A stretch of 37,728 nucleotides of DNA from an uncultured Piscirickettsiaceae bacterium. Lineage in GTDB: Bacteria > Pseudomonadota > Gammaproteobacteria > GCF-002020875. Every line of letters begins with the position of its first letter. Positions within the stretch are counted from its first letter, which is position 1. The DNA lies in assembly GCA_964647745.1 (NCBI GenBank), contig CAZYJG010000003.1:1-37728 (forward strand), given 5' to 3'. The position numbers and the translations under genes were made by a program. The notes under the pieces were generated by a model. It was not told the origin of the DNA. It made no database searches and worked only from the letters and a program-made list of their open reading frames with translations. This document shows, piece after piece, positions 17,480 through 33,348 of the stretch.

Positions 17480-17905
17480 GTGTCAGCCTTAACCATCTCC
17501 AAGCGAGTCTCAATCCCCCTTGCAGAGATCGAGCTCACCCCCATTCGTGCCTCTGGTCCTGGTGGGCAAAATGTCAACAAGGTCTCTACCGCCATTCACC
17601 TCCGCTTTGATATCCATGCCTCCTCACTGCCCGACTACTACAAGAGACGACTGTTGGCACTGCATGACCGACGTATCAGCAAAGAGGGCGTCATCGTTAT
17701 CAAGGCACAGCAGGCACGCAGCCAGGAGCAGAATCGAAATCAGGCCCTGGAGCGGCTGGCGGAATTGATACGGCGTGTAGCAGAACCCCAGAAAAGGCGA
17801 ATCCCGACCAGTCCCTCTCATGCCGCCCGGAACAGACGCACCGACGACAAGACCAGGCGTGGGCGTGACAAGGCGTTGCGCAGAAAGGTACGCATCGAGG
17901 ATTAG
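17480..17905 (+). CDS. arfB: Alternative ribosome-rescue peptidyl-tRNA hydrolase ArfB (YaeJ)
   Basis: RASGPGGQNVNKVSTAIHLRFD, SQEQNR, basic C-terminal tail. Confidence 0.94.
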   Translation: MSALTISKRVSIPLAEIELTPIRASGPGGQNVNKVSTAIHLRFDIHASSLPDYYKRRLLALHDRRISKEGVIVIKAQQARSQEQNRNQALERLAELIRRVAEPQKRRIPTSPSHAARNRRTDDKTRRGRDKALRRKVRIED

Positions 17906-17961
17906 CTGAATTGGGGCAAGTCATGATCGCACCAGAGAAGAGCAGAGAGAGCAGATCATAA

Positions 17962-20307
17962 ATGGCAGGTCGGGCCATACAGATCCATGGAGTTGTACAG
18001 GGGGTGGGGTTTCGACCCACGGTCTGGAGGCTGGCCCGAGAGCACCAACTGGTGGGGTCAGTCTGGAATGATGCCGGTGGGGTCACCATTCATGCCTGGG
18101 GAGAGGCGTCGCAGATTGACCACCTCCTCCAGCAGCTCAGGGATTACCCCCCTCCCCTGGCAACCATCGACACCATCGAGAGCACCCCCCTGGACGCCCC
18201 CCCTCCGGAGCAATTTACCATCACCGAGAGCCAAACGGGTGGGGGAACCACCGGGGTGGCCGCGGATGCGGCAAGCTGCAGCGCCTGCATTGCCGAGGTG
18301 ATGGACCCGGAAAACCGACGTTATCGCTACCCTTTTACCAACTGCACCCACTGCGGCCCCCGCCTCTCCATCACCCGGGCCACCCCCTATGATCGCCGCA
18401 ACACCTCCATGGCCCCATTCCCCCTCTGTGAGGCGTGCCGGCAGGAGTATGATGATCCGGCAGATCGACGCTTTCATGCCCAGCCCACCTGCTGCCCCGA
18501 TTGTGGTCCCCGGCTCTGGCTTGAGGAACGACAGGGCCGGATTGATCCCCCCCCGGATCAGGACCCTGTTCAGCTCGCTGCACAGCAGATCCGGGGTGGC
18601 GCCATTGTTGCGATTCAGGGGGTTGGCGGGTTTCATCTAGCCTGTGACGCCACCGATGAGGCGGCTGTCTCCCGGCTCCGGGAGCGCAAGGGGCGGCCCA
18701 GCAAGCCTCTCGCGGTCATGGTCCACAACCTTGAATCTCTCCTCCAACATGGCAACCCCTCCAAACTGGAGATCGCGCTGCTGGAGGATCCGGCCGCACC
18801 CATTGTGCTGGTCCAGAAGGGGCGAGAGCCCCTGGCCCCTTCGGTGGCCCCGAACCAGTCCACCATCGGCTTTCTCCTCCCCTACTCCCCCCTCCACCAC
18901 CTGTTGATGGCTGCACTCCAGCAGCCAATCGTGCTCACCTCCGGGAACCACTCCAGCAATCCGCAGTGCATCGACCACACCACGGCCCATCGTGAGCTTC
19001 AGGGGGTTGCCGACTACTGGCTGCTCCATGACCGGGAGATCATCAACCGGGTCGATGACTCGGTGGTTCGGATTGAGTCTGGGGCCCCCTCCACGCTGAG
19101 GGTTGGGCGGGGCATTGCACCACTGACACTGCCCCTTCCGGAGGGGTTGGAGAGTGCACCCCCGCTACTGGCCATGGGCGGGGAGCTGAAGAACAGCTTT
19201 GCCCTGCTCCACGGCGGGCAGGTCACCCTCTCCCAATACCTGGGCAATCTGGGGAACGGCCCCACCTTTCACCAGTACCTCCACGCCCTGCAGCAGCACC
19301 GTCAGCTCTTTGATCACCACCCTGTCGCCATCGCCGTGGACCGGCACCCCGGTTACCGATCGACCCAACAGGGGAGAGCCACTGCCGAACAGGAGGGGTT
19401 GCCCCTGATTGAGGTTCAGCACCACCATGCCCACCTTGCATCGGTGATGATTGAACATCGGCTGCCACTCAACCACCCCCCCCTGCTGGGCATCATCCTC
19501 GACGGGATTGGCTATGGTGAGTCTGGCCAGATCTGGGGGGGAGAGTTTCTTCTCGCCAACTATGGCCACTCAACCCGGCTCGCCACCATCAGACCGGTTG
19601 CCCTTGCCGGGGGGGAGCTGGCCAACCGGCAGCCCTGGCGCAATCTCCTTGCCCACCTCGATGCAACCCTTGGCTGGGAAGAGGTTGCCCACAGCTACCC
19701 CAACCTTGAGATGGTCCGCTATCTGAAAACCAGGCCGATCCAGACCATCACCCAGATGATTCGCCAGGGGATCAACAGCCCAGCCGCCTCCTCTTCTGGT
19801 CGACTATTTGATGCCGTTGCCGCTGCAACGGCCCTCTGCAGGGAGCAGACCAGCTACGAGGGCGAGGCCGCCCAGTTGCTGGAGAACCGTGCCGAACCCT
19901 GGATCGAGCAGGAGCAGGACAACGGCTACCCTGTCCGGTGGATTGACGAGGGTGAACTGCAGACCATTGAGTGGGGGGCGCTCTGGAGGGGGATCCTTGA
20001 GGATCTCGCTGCGGAGGTTGATCCGGGCATTATTGCAGCCCGTTTTCACGCCGGTCTGATCAATGCACTGTGCGAGACCGCAGAGCGGCTCTGCCTCCAG
20101 CACGGTATCAACCGGGTGGTCCTGGGGGGCGGGGTCTTCCAGAACCAGCTACTGTTGGGTGGGGTCTCAGATCGCCTGCAAGAGGGTGGGGTCAGCCTCT
20201 ACCGATCGCACCGTCTGCCCTCCAACGATCAGGGGATTGCCGCTGGACAGTGCGCCATTGCTGCGGCGACCCTCCTCAAGAGTGGGGCAGGCCAGGCACC
20301 CCCGTAG
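17962..20307 (+). CDS. hypF: Carbamoyltransferase HypF
   Basis: GVVQGVGFRP acylphosphatase domain, zinc fingers (NCTHCGPR, CCPDCGP), QHHHAH, SSGRLFDA, NDQGIAAGQ. Confidence 0.96.
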   Translation: MAGRAIQIHGVVQGVGFRPTVWRLAREHQLVGSVWNDAGGVTIHAWGEASQIDHLLQQLRDYPPPLATIDTIESTPLDAPPPEQFTITESQTGGGTTGVAADAASCSACIAEVMDPENRRYRYPFTNCTHCGPRLSITRATPYDRRNTSMAPFPLCEACRQEYDDPADRRFHAQPTCCPDCGPRLWLEERQGRIDPPPDQDPVQLAAQQIRGGAIVAIQGVGGFHLACDATDEAAVSRLRERKGRPSKPLAVMVHNLESLLQHGNPSKLEIALLEDPAAPIVLVQKGREPLAPSVAPNQSTIGFLLPYSPLHHLLMAALQQPIVLTSGNHSSNPQCIDHTTAHRELQGVADYWLLHDREIINRVDDSVVRIESGAPSTLRVGRGIAPLTLPLPEGLESAPPLLAMGGELKNSFALLHGGQVTLSQYLGNLGNGPTFHQYLHALQQHRQLFDHHPVAIAVDRHPGYRSTQQGRATAEQEGLPLIEVQHHHAHLASVMIEHRLPLNHPPLLGIILDGIGYGESGQIWGGEFLLANYGHSTRLATIRPVALAGGELANRQPWRNLLAHLDATLGWEEVAHSYPNLEMVRYLKTRPIQTITQMIRQGINSPAASSSGRLFDAVAAATALCREQTSYEGEAAQLLENRAEPWIEQEQDNGYPVRWIDEGELQTIEWGALWRGILEDLAAEVDPGIIAARFHAGLINALCETAERLCLQHGINRVVLGGGVFQNQLLLGGVSDRLQEGGVSLYRSHRLPSNDQGIAAGQCAIAAATLLKSGAGQAPP

Positions 20308-20328
20308 GTGCAACCCCCAGAAAAAGTG

Positions 20329-20360
20329 AGGCCATCCAGCCGCTAGCGGATGGATGGCCT
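20329..20360 (-). terminator. Probable intrinsic terminator between the convergent hypF and cytochrome c genes
   Basis: AGGCCATCCA...TGGATGGCCT 10-bp stem. The A-run at 20321-20325 gives a U-tract on the minus strand. Confidence 0.6.
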
Positions 20361-20387
20361 GCTATCTCTACAACCCTGCCTGCGAAG

Positions 20388-20774
20388 CTAGTTGTTCTTC
20401 GCCCCCTGGGTGACCCAATCACGCAGGGTCTTCTGATCCTTCTTGGTAAGCGGGCTCTTGTCATGAGGCATTGCAATGGATGGATCCGCCTTGCCCTCGA
20501 CCAGAATATTCAAGGTACTGCTGACCGCATCTCCTGGCTTCACAATGGGGCCAAATTTGGTCCCCTTCATCAGGGGGACATAACCAGAGAGATCAAGACC
20601 ACTCGCCTGGATCCCCTCACCCTGAGGGTTGATATGGCACTCCGCACAATTCGCCTTGATGATTGGCATCACATCTGCCTGAAAACTGATCTCTTTTTCA
20701 CTGCATCCGGTCAGGAGTGAGACGGAGGCGATGGCAAGGATCCCTTGAGCCAAAAGAGCTGAATGTTTACGCAT
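20388..20774 (-). CDS. Monoheme c-type cytochrome lipoprotein (planctomycete cytochrome c-like domain)
   Basis: Lipobox LLTGC, ISFQADVMPIIKANCAECH, GLDLS, VKPGDAVSS, AMP (axial Met), WVTQGA. Confidence 0.85.
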   Translation of the reverse strand: MRKHSALLAQGILAIASVSLLTGCSEKEISFQADVMPIIKANCAECHINPQGEGIQASGLDLSGYVPLMKGTKFGPIVKPGDAVSSTLNILVEGKADPSIAMPHDKSPLTKKDQKTLRDWVTQGAKNN

Positions 20775-21088
20775 GACTTTCTCCCTAAAGCGATTAACTG
20801 TTTTTTTGTCCACAATCACCATTAACTAATAGTGATGAATATGCCTATAACTTTAACTATAGTACCTTCTTAATTCATTTCAAGCGATGCATAGCTACTG
20901 GCCACAAGTATAACCAGAATGGAATAGGAGACAAACCCCTGTTCTCCAATGAGAGGCAAATATCTTCAATGCACCTCTCAGGAATTCACCATGGATGGTC
21001 GATACGGTTTACACCCCTTGAGGGCTCGCGCTATATTGATGGCCTGGAACCACCACAACACCAGTAACAGCAGCCAGCCACCTCCCAT

Positions 21089-21358
21089 ATGCGCATCTAT
21101 ATGCAGACCCCGCCCATTGATGGGGCACCACTACGCTTCTATCAACTCCAGATCCAGGAGGACCTGATCGACGGCTGGACCCTGATTCGCGAATCCGGGG
21201 TGCAGGGAGGACGTAGCAGCTACAGGGAGGCACACTTTGAGTGCCGGGAGGATGCAGAGCAGGCGCTCCTCTCTCTTCGGGATCAACAGTTGCGAAAAGG
21301 GTACCAGACCACCTTTGCAACCGGCATCGCAAGCGGCGCTTCACACACTGATTCATAA
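21089..21358 (+). CDS. WGR-domain-like small protein
   Basis: RFYQLQIQEDLIDGWTLIRESGVQG...A......QLRKGY pattern. Confidence 0.75.
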   Translation: MRIYMQTPPIDGAPLRFYQLQIQEDLIDGWTLIRESGVQGGRSSYREAHFECREDAEQALLSLRDQQLRKGYQTTFATGIASGASHTDS

Positions 21359-21390
21359 CGGGTTTTACCTGCACTCCGGCGGCATACCGG

Positions 21391-21420
21391 TTGACAATCA
21401 AGCATTCTCTGGAATACAAT
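21391..21420 (+). promoter_or_regulatory. Sigma70-type promoter for the RND operon
   Basis: TTGACA (21391-21396), 18 bp, TACAAT (21415-21420), ending 37 bp before the ATG at 21458. Confidence 0.6.
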
Positions 21421-21457
21421 GTGTGCCATATTATCTGACAGAATTGGAACCAAACCC

Positions 21458-22585
21458 ATGAGAAAATCACTGATAAACAATGCCGTTGCACCCCTTCTGG
21501 TGCTCCTCACCTCTGCCGTTGCCGTAACCGAGGTGGCCGCAGAGGAGTTTGTGGCCGCCAAAAGCAGTCGTGTCGGTGCAATGATCTCCCTCGGCGGGAC
21601 TGTAATCCCCCATCGTGAGGTCAATCTGGTGGCAAAGATGCCCGGAGATGTCCTCTTTATCGCAGGCGAGGAGGGAGACTCCTTCAAGAAGGGGGATCGT
21701 CTGGCGAGCCAGGACATTGATGCAATGCTGGCGAAACGGGCCCAGGCAGAGGCACAGCTTGCCAGTGCCGAGGCGGGGATCCGCAACGCCCAGATGCAGC
21801 TGCGCAATGAGATCGAGAATCCCAACTCCCAGCCCAACGTAATGATGGGTGGACTGCCCAGCATGATGACCATGTTCTCCAACCCGATGCGTAACCTGAG
21901 TGGACGTGGGGACTCTGCCATCCAGCGCCAGACCAACCTCTACGGGATGAATGTCCAGGTGGAGACCTCCCAGAACGCCTATGATCAGGCCCTTGCCGCC
22001 ATCCGCGAGCTGGATGAGAACATTGAGCAGGCAACCATCATCGCCCCCTTCGACGGGGTCATCCTGAGAAAGATGGTTGAGGTTGGACAGCCTGCGCAGC
22101 CTGGTGTCCCCCTCTTCCTCTTCGGGGATACCGGAAAACTACAGATTCGCGCAGAGGTCCCTGCGCGTCTGGTTGAGGGGCTCCACAAGGGGATGCAGCT
22201 GAGTGCACGCCTGGATCAGGGCGGCGAGATTGTCCCCATTACCGTTACCCGTATCTTCCCCATGGCGGATGTGATGGGCCATACCGTTACGGTCAAGTTC
22301 AATATTCCGGCCGGTGCACCAGCAGCCCCCGGCATGTACACCGAGATCATGATTCCGGATCCCACGGCAGGTGCAACCAATCTGGTAACGGTCCCCCGCT
22401 CGGCCATTGTCTGGCGCGGCAGTCTTCCCGCCATCTTTGTCCGCAGGGATGAGGGCAACCTCGAGATGCGCCTGGTACGCGTTGGGGATATTGCTGATAA
22501 CGGCTGGCAGAGCGTGCTCTCCGGAGTCCGTGTGGGTGACATCGTACTGGTCAACCCATCCTCCACAACCACCTCCACTAGATAA
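21458..22585 (+). CDS. RND efflux periplasmic adaptor (membrane fusion protein)
   Basis: N-terminal hydrophobic segment, lipoyl halves (EGDSFKKGDRL; IIAPFDGVI), alpha-hairpin, PGMY, VPRSAI, VLSGVRVGD. Confidence 0.9.
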   Translation: MRKSLINNAVAPLLVLLTSAVAVTEVAAEEFVAAKSSRVGAMISLGGTVIPHREVNLVAKMPGDVLFIAGEEGDSFKKGDRLASQDIDAMLAKRAQAEAQLASAEAGIRNAQMQLRNEIENPNSQPNVMMGGLPSMMTMFSNPMRNLSGRGDSAIQRQTNLYGMNVQVETSQNAYDQALAAIRELDENIEQATIIAPFDGVILRKMVEVGQPAQPGVPLFLFGDTGKLQIRAEVPARLVEGLHKGMQLSARLDQGGEIVPITVTRIFPMADVMGHTVTVKFNIPAGAPAAPGMYTEIMIPDPTAGATNLVTVPRSAIVWRGSLPAIFVRRDEGNLEMRLVRVGDIADNGWQSVLSGVRVGDIVLVNPSSTTTSTR

Positions 22586-22594
22586 CAACAGACC

Positions 22595-25500
22595 ATGACT
22601 GACCAAAAAGAACCGATGGATGGAGAGGAGCGCCCTCAGGAGTCAACCGGGATAACGCAGCAGGAGTCATCCGAACAGACAACACAGGCAACAACAACGG
22701 AGAATGGCGAGGCCGCAGATCTCGGTTTTGCCGGCCGTCTGGCAGACTCCTTTATCCACTCCCCGCTCTCTCCACTGCTCTTCATCGCGATGATGGCGGT
22801 GGGAATCTGGGGACTGATTGCAACCCCCCGTCAGGAGGACCCCCAGATCTCGGTTCCGATGATCGATATCTTCTTTCCGGCTCCCGGCCTCTCTTCCGGT
22901 GAGGTGGCCAACCAGATCATCGACCCCTTTGAGCGCATACTGAGCGAGATTCCGAAGATTGAGCATGTCTACTCGGCCAGTGATCGCGAGTACGGCATCA
23001 TCACCATCCAGTTTGAGGTGGGTGAGCCGATGGGCCCCTCCATTGTTCAGGTCCACAGCAAGATACAGTCCAACCTGGATCTGCTGCCCACGGGGATCAA
23101 GCCCCCGATGGTCAAACCCAAGGAGGTGGATGATGTCCCCTCCGTCACCCTCACCCTCTGGTCAGAAGAGGTCGATGATGAGTACCTGAGAACACTCGGT
23201 GTCAGTGTGCTGCAGCACCTCAAGCAGCTGCCGCAGACCGGTGTTGGATTTGTCACCGGCGGTCGCTCCCGTCAGGTACGGATCGAGGTCCTGCCGGAAC
23301 GGCTGTCCGGCTTTGGGGTCAGCCCGGGACAGATTGTCCACGCAGTACAGACTGCCAACACAGGCCACACCGTGGGGACCATCGAGATGCAGGACCACTT
23401 CTTCTTTGTTGAGTCCGGCGGCTTTCTCTCAAGGGTTGAGGAGCTCAACCAGCTGGTGGTTGGACAGCACCGCGGAACCCCTGTCTTCCTGAGAGATGTT
23501 GCAAAGGTATCCGAGGGGCCACAGGAGACCAAGGAGATTGTCACCTTCTCCACCGGAATGGCCTCCCCACATGAAACACCGGTCAAGGATGCTGCTGCCG
23601 TCACCATCGCCCTGGCCAAGCAGCGCGGCTCCAATGGCGTTACCGTGGTCAACCGCATTCTCGACGAGGTCGACAACAACCTGAAGGGGTACCTGATCCC
23701 CGACAACGTCCATGTTGAGGTGACCCGAAACTATGGTGAAAGCGCCAACAACAAGGTCAACGACCTGCTCTTCAAACTCTTTGTGGCAACCGGTGCAGTC
23801 ACCTTCCTGGTCTGGCTCAGCCTCGGCATCAAGCCCTCCATCGTGGTTCTGCTGACCATCCCCGTGGTTCTGGTCGGAACGGTCTTTGTCTCCATGCTGA
23901 TGGGGTACACCATTGACCGGGTCAGCCTCTTTGCACTGATCTTCTCCATCGGCTTCCTGGTCGACAACGCCATCGTGATCGTCGAGAACATCTATCGACG
24001 CTGGCTGATGGCGGGAACCCGGGATACCCGTACCGCGGTTGATGCGGTTCGTGAGGTGGGCAACCCCACCGTTCTTGCCACCTATACAGTTGTTGCCGCA
24101 CTGATCCCGATGGGATTTGTCTCCGGCATGATGGGCCCCTACATGGAGCCGATCCCTGCGCTGGGTTCCGTCGCCATGCTGCTCTCGCTCTTTGCGGCAC
24201 TGGTCTTCGCCCCCTGGCTGGCGATGCGCATCGTCCCCAGCATGGAGAAGCTGCACAAGATGGAGGCACGTGACGAGAAGGTGGATGAGATTCTGGATGG
24301 CTTCTTCCGCAAAGTGATCCTCTCCCTGGTAAACCGGAGAATTCTGGGGTGGGGCTTCCTGATGGGGCTGATTGCCAGCTTCTTTGGTGCCATGTACCTC
24401 TTCTACAACACCACCGTTCCAGTGAAGATGCTGCCGTTCGACAATAAATCCAACTTCAGCGTGGTGATCGACATGCCGGATGGCACCGCCCTGCCCACCA
24501 CCGCAAACTTTACCCGCCGGGTTGCAGCAGAGCTTGCCGATATTGAGGAGATTGTCGCCTCCCAGAACTATGTGGGCACCTCACAACCCTTCGACTTTAA
24601 TGGACTGGTACGCCACTACTATCTGCGCCAGTTCCCATGGCAGGCCGAGATTGCCGTTCAGTTGACCGACAAGACACTGCGCGACCGCACAAGCCACGAG
24701 ATTGCAAGCGAGGCTCGTAAACGGCTGCAGCCCATTGCACAGGCCGAAGGGGTTGCCCTGACTGTGGTCGAGATGCCGCCTGGTCCTCCGGTGCTACAGA
24801 CCGTGGTTGCGGAGGTTCATGGTCCCGATGCTGAGACCCGGCGTCAGGTGGCCGACGACCTGACACAGATCTTCCGCGAGTCGGGGATCATCGACGATGT
24901 GGACAACCTGATGCGCAGCCCGATGGAGACCTGGCGCTTTGTCATCAATCGCGAGAAGGCCTCCCGACAGGGGATCTCCGTGGAGACCATCAATCAGCAT
25001 CTGGCAATGGTGATGGGCGAATTTGAGGCCGCCTCCATCTTCCAGTCCCTGATCCTGGAGCCCACCTATATCGTGATGACCATTCCGATCGAGAAACGCT
25101 CCCACCTCCACCGCTTGGGTGATCTTCCGGTGATGACCATGGATCAGCGCACCATCCCGCTCTCGGAGCTGGGTGAGTTCGTCAAGGTGCAGCGTGACCC
25201 CATCATCTTCCACAAGGATCTGAGAAAGGTTGAGTTTGTGGTGGGTGATGCCGTGGGTCGCCTCGGTGCCCCCATCTATGCAATGCTCGATGTGGAGCGC
25301 ATCCTGGAGGAGAAGGGCTACACAACCCCGGATGGTGTTGAGCTGCGCAGCGGTGAGTACACCGGACCACCCGCCGATGACAAGCAGACCGGCTTCGAGT
25401 GGAGTGGCGAGTGGACCGTCACCTATGAGACCTTCCGTGACATGGGGATCGCCTTTGGTGTTGCCCTGGTCGGGATCTACATGCTGGTGGTCTGGGCCTT

Positions 25501-25945
25501 TGGCAATTTCATAATCCCCGCCATCATCATGTCCCCAATCCCGCTGACCCTGCTCGGGATTGTCCCCGGCCACTGGCTGCTGGACGCGGAGTTTACCGCC
25601 ACATCGATGATCGGCTGGATCGCCCTGGCCGGTATTATCGTCAGAAACTCCATCCTGATGGTGGACTTCACGATGCACGCCTTCCGCACCGGTACCCCGC
25701 TGCTGGATGCAGTGATTCTCTCGGCAAAATACAGAACCCGCCCCATCCTGATTACCGCACTGGCACTGGTTCTGGGCTCTGCCGTGATCCTGACCGACCC
25801 GATCTTCCAGGGGATGGCAGTCTCGCTGCTGTTTGGGGTCTTTATCTCCACCCTGCTGACCCTGGTGGTAATCCCTCTGGGCTGTATCAGCGCCGGTGAA
25901 AATGTCTTCATGGAGGCGAAGGATCTGGAGGAGGACCAGCTGTAA
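22595..25945 (+). CDS. RND efflux permease (AcrB/AcrD/AcrF family)
   Basis: PRQEDPQI, SIGFLVDNAIVIVENI, GIIVRNSILMVDF, RTRPILIT. 12-TM layout with two large periplasmic loops. Confidence 0.93.
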   Translation: MTDQKEPMDGEERPQESTGITQQESSEQTTQATTTENGEAADLGFAGRLADSFIHSPLSPLLFIAMMAVGIWGLIATPRQEDPQISVPMIDIFFPAPGLSSGEVANQIIDPFERILSEIPKIEHVYSASDREYGIITIQFEVGEPMGPSIVQVHSKIQSNLDLLPTGIKPPMVKPKEVDDVPSVTLTLWSEEVDDEYLRTLGVSVLQHLKQLPQTGVGFVTGGRSRQVRIEVLPERLSGFGVSPGQIVHAVQTANTGHTVGTIEMQDHFFFVESGGFLSRVEELNQLVVGQHRGTPVFLRDVAKVSEGPQETKEIVTFSTGMASPHETPVKDAAAVTIALAKQRGSNGVTVVNRILDEVDNNLKGYLIPDNVHVEVTRNYGESANNKVNDLLFKLFVATGAVTFLVWLSLGIKPSIVVLLTIPVVLVGTVFVSMLMGYTIDRVSLFALIFSIGFLVDNAIVIVENIYRRWLMAGTRDTRTAVDAVREVGNPTVLATYTVVAALIPMGFVSGMMGPYMEPIPALGSVAMLLSLFAALVFAPWLAMRIVPSMEKLHKMEARDEKVDEILDGFFRKVILSLVNRRILGWGFLMGLIASFFGAMYLFYNTTVPVKMLPFDNKSNFSVVIDMPDGTALPTTANFTRRVAAELADIEEIVASQNYVGTSQPFDFNGLVRHYYLRQFPWQAEIAVQLTDKTLRDRTSHEIASEARKRLQPIAQAEGVALTVVEMPPGPPVLQTVVAEVHGPDAETRRQVADDLTQIFRESGIIDDVDNLMRSPMETWRFVINREKASRQGISVETINQHLAMVMGEFEAASIFQSLILEPTYIVMTIPIEKRSHLHRLGDLPVMTMDQRTIPLSELGEFVKVQRDPIIFHKDLRKVEFVVGDAVGRLGAPIYAMLDVERILEEKGYTTPDGVELRSGEYTGPPADDKQTGFEWSGEWTVTYETFRDMGIAFGVALVGIYMLVVWAFGNFIIPAIIMSPIPLTLLGIVPGHWLLDAEFTATSMIGWIALAGIIVRNSILMVDFTMHAFRTGTPLLDAVILSAKYRTRPILITALALVLGSAVILTDPIFQGMAVSLLFGVFISTLLTLVVIPLGCISAGENVFMEAKDLEEDQL

Positions 25946-25969
25946 CAGCGGAATAGTCCCCGCCTTCTG

Positions 25970-26011
25970 AAAGGGCATTGAGAGGCACCCCCTCCAATGC
26001 CCTTTTTCTTT
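25970..26011 (+). terminator. Intrinsic terminator after the RND operon
   Basis: AAAGGGCATTG...CAATGCCCTTT stem followed by TTCTTT. Confidence 0.8.
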
Positions 26012-26150
26012 GTCTGGAAAGCATTAATTGCACCCTGAAGAGGGGCAAAATCGGGGCATAAAATTGAATAAAAGAGGCCGCTGTTCTATACTTGCCGGCC
26101 GATTTTTGGGTGGATCATGGGATCCACCAGTCAATTGATAACAGACAGCA

Positions 26151-32038
<5,888 letters not shown>

Positions 32039-32088
32039 CCACTAACCGATTACCTTCTCTCTTAAGCAATTAAGAGAGGAGGTAGTCT

Positions 32089-33342
32089 GTGACAGATAAT
32101 CCGTTACACCCTGAGGATCAGGCCCTCCTGCAGGAGGCACTCGACTACCACGCGAAAAAACCGCACGGGAAGATCGCAACCCTCCCCACCAAACCCTTCG
32201 AGTCCCAGTATGATCTGAGCCTCGCCTACAGCCCCGGGGTCGCAGCCCCGGTACGCGAGATTGTCCGCAACCCCAATGAGGTCAACCGCTATACCGGCCG
32301 TGGCAACCTGATTGCCGTTGTCTCCGATGGCAGTGCGGTACTGGGGCTGGGGGATGTCGGCCCACTGGCTGCCAAGCCGGTGATGGAGGGGAAGGCCCTG
32401 CTGTTCAAGAAATTTGCCGATATCGATGCCTTCGATATCGAGATCGATGCCTCCTCCAACCAGGCCTTTATCGAGACCATCGTCCGCATCTCCCCCACCT
32501 TTGGCGGTGTAAACCTGGAGGATATCTCTGCACCCCACTGCTTCGAGATTGAGCGGGCACTGATTGACCGTCTCAACATCCCGGTCTTTCATGACGACCA
32601 GCACGGCACCGCAATCATCATTGCCGCCGGTCTGCTCAATGCACTCAAGCTGCAGGAGAAGTCGATCGAGTCGGCCAGTATCGTCTGCCTGGGTGCCGGT
32701 GCCGCTGCCATCGCCTCGATGCAGCTGCTGCTGACCCTCGGTGCCCGCAAGGAGAATATCACCCTGGTTGATCGCCACGGCGTGATCCATGGAGGGCGCA
32801 CCGACCTCAACCTCTACAAGCAGATCTTCGCAACCACCACCGGGCACAGAACCCTGAGTGATGCGATGGAGGGGGCCGATATCTTTATTGGCCTCTCTGG
32901 CCCCAATCTGGTGAGCCCTGCAATGGTGCAGAGCATGGCGGAGCGCCCCATCCTCTTTGCCCTCGCCAACCCGGATCCCGAGATTCACCCACATCTGGCA
33001 ATGGAGGCACGCTCCGACCTGATCATCGCCACCGGACGCAGTGACTTCCCCAACCAGGTCAACAATGTGCTCTGCTTCCCCTATATCTTCCGTGGTGCGC
33101 TTGATGCCAAGGCAACCACCATCAATACCGAGATGAAGGTGGCTGCGGTCAAGGCACTGCAGCACCTCACCTGTGAGCCGATCCTGGATGAGATCCGAGA
33201 GGCCTACCCGAACGAGACCCTGGAGTATGGCCCCAACTACATCATCCCCAAGCCGCTGGACCCCCGGCTGCTGGGCTATGTCTCCACCGCTGTCCGACGT
33301 GCCGCAATAGAGAGCGGGGTAGCCGGCCAGTCGGAACTTTAA
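32089..33342 (+). CDS. NAD(P)-dependent malic enzyme (short form, no phosphotransacetylase-like domain)
   Basis: [57 protein letters not shown]. Confidence 0.93.
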   Translation: MTDNPLHPEDQALLQEALDYHAKKPHGKIATLPTKPFESQYDLSLAYSPGVAAPVREIVRNPNEVNRYTGRGNLIAVVSDGSAVLGLGDVGPLAAKPVMEGKALLFKKFADIDAFDIEIDASSNQAFIETIVRISPTFGGVNLEDISAPHCFEIERALIDRLNIPVFHDDQHGTAIIIAAGLLNALKLQEKSIESASIVCLGAGAAAIASMQLLLTLGARKENITLVDRHGVIHGGRTDLNLYKQIFATTTGHRTLSDAMEGADIFIGLSGPNLVSPAMVQSMAERPILFALANPDPEIHPHLAMEARSDLIIATGRSDFPNQVNNVLCFPYIFRGALDAKATTINTEMKVAAVKALQHLTCEPILDEIREAYPNETLEYGPNYIIPKPLDPRLLGYVSTAVRRAAIESGVAGQSEL

Positions 33343-33348
33343 CCGGTA

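Noticed and set aside
26029-26058. NtrC binding sites upstream of gltB
   Set aside because: Half-sites (TGCACC, GGGGCA) are present but do not give the 17-bp TGCAC-N7-GTGCA spacing.
32089-33342. Malic enzyme as a truncated maeB pseudogene
   Set aside because: Stand-alone ~420-aa malic enzymes are a normal class. The ORF has an RBS, complete motifs and a natural C-terminus.
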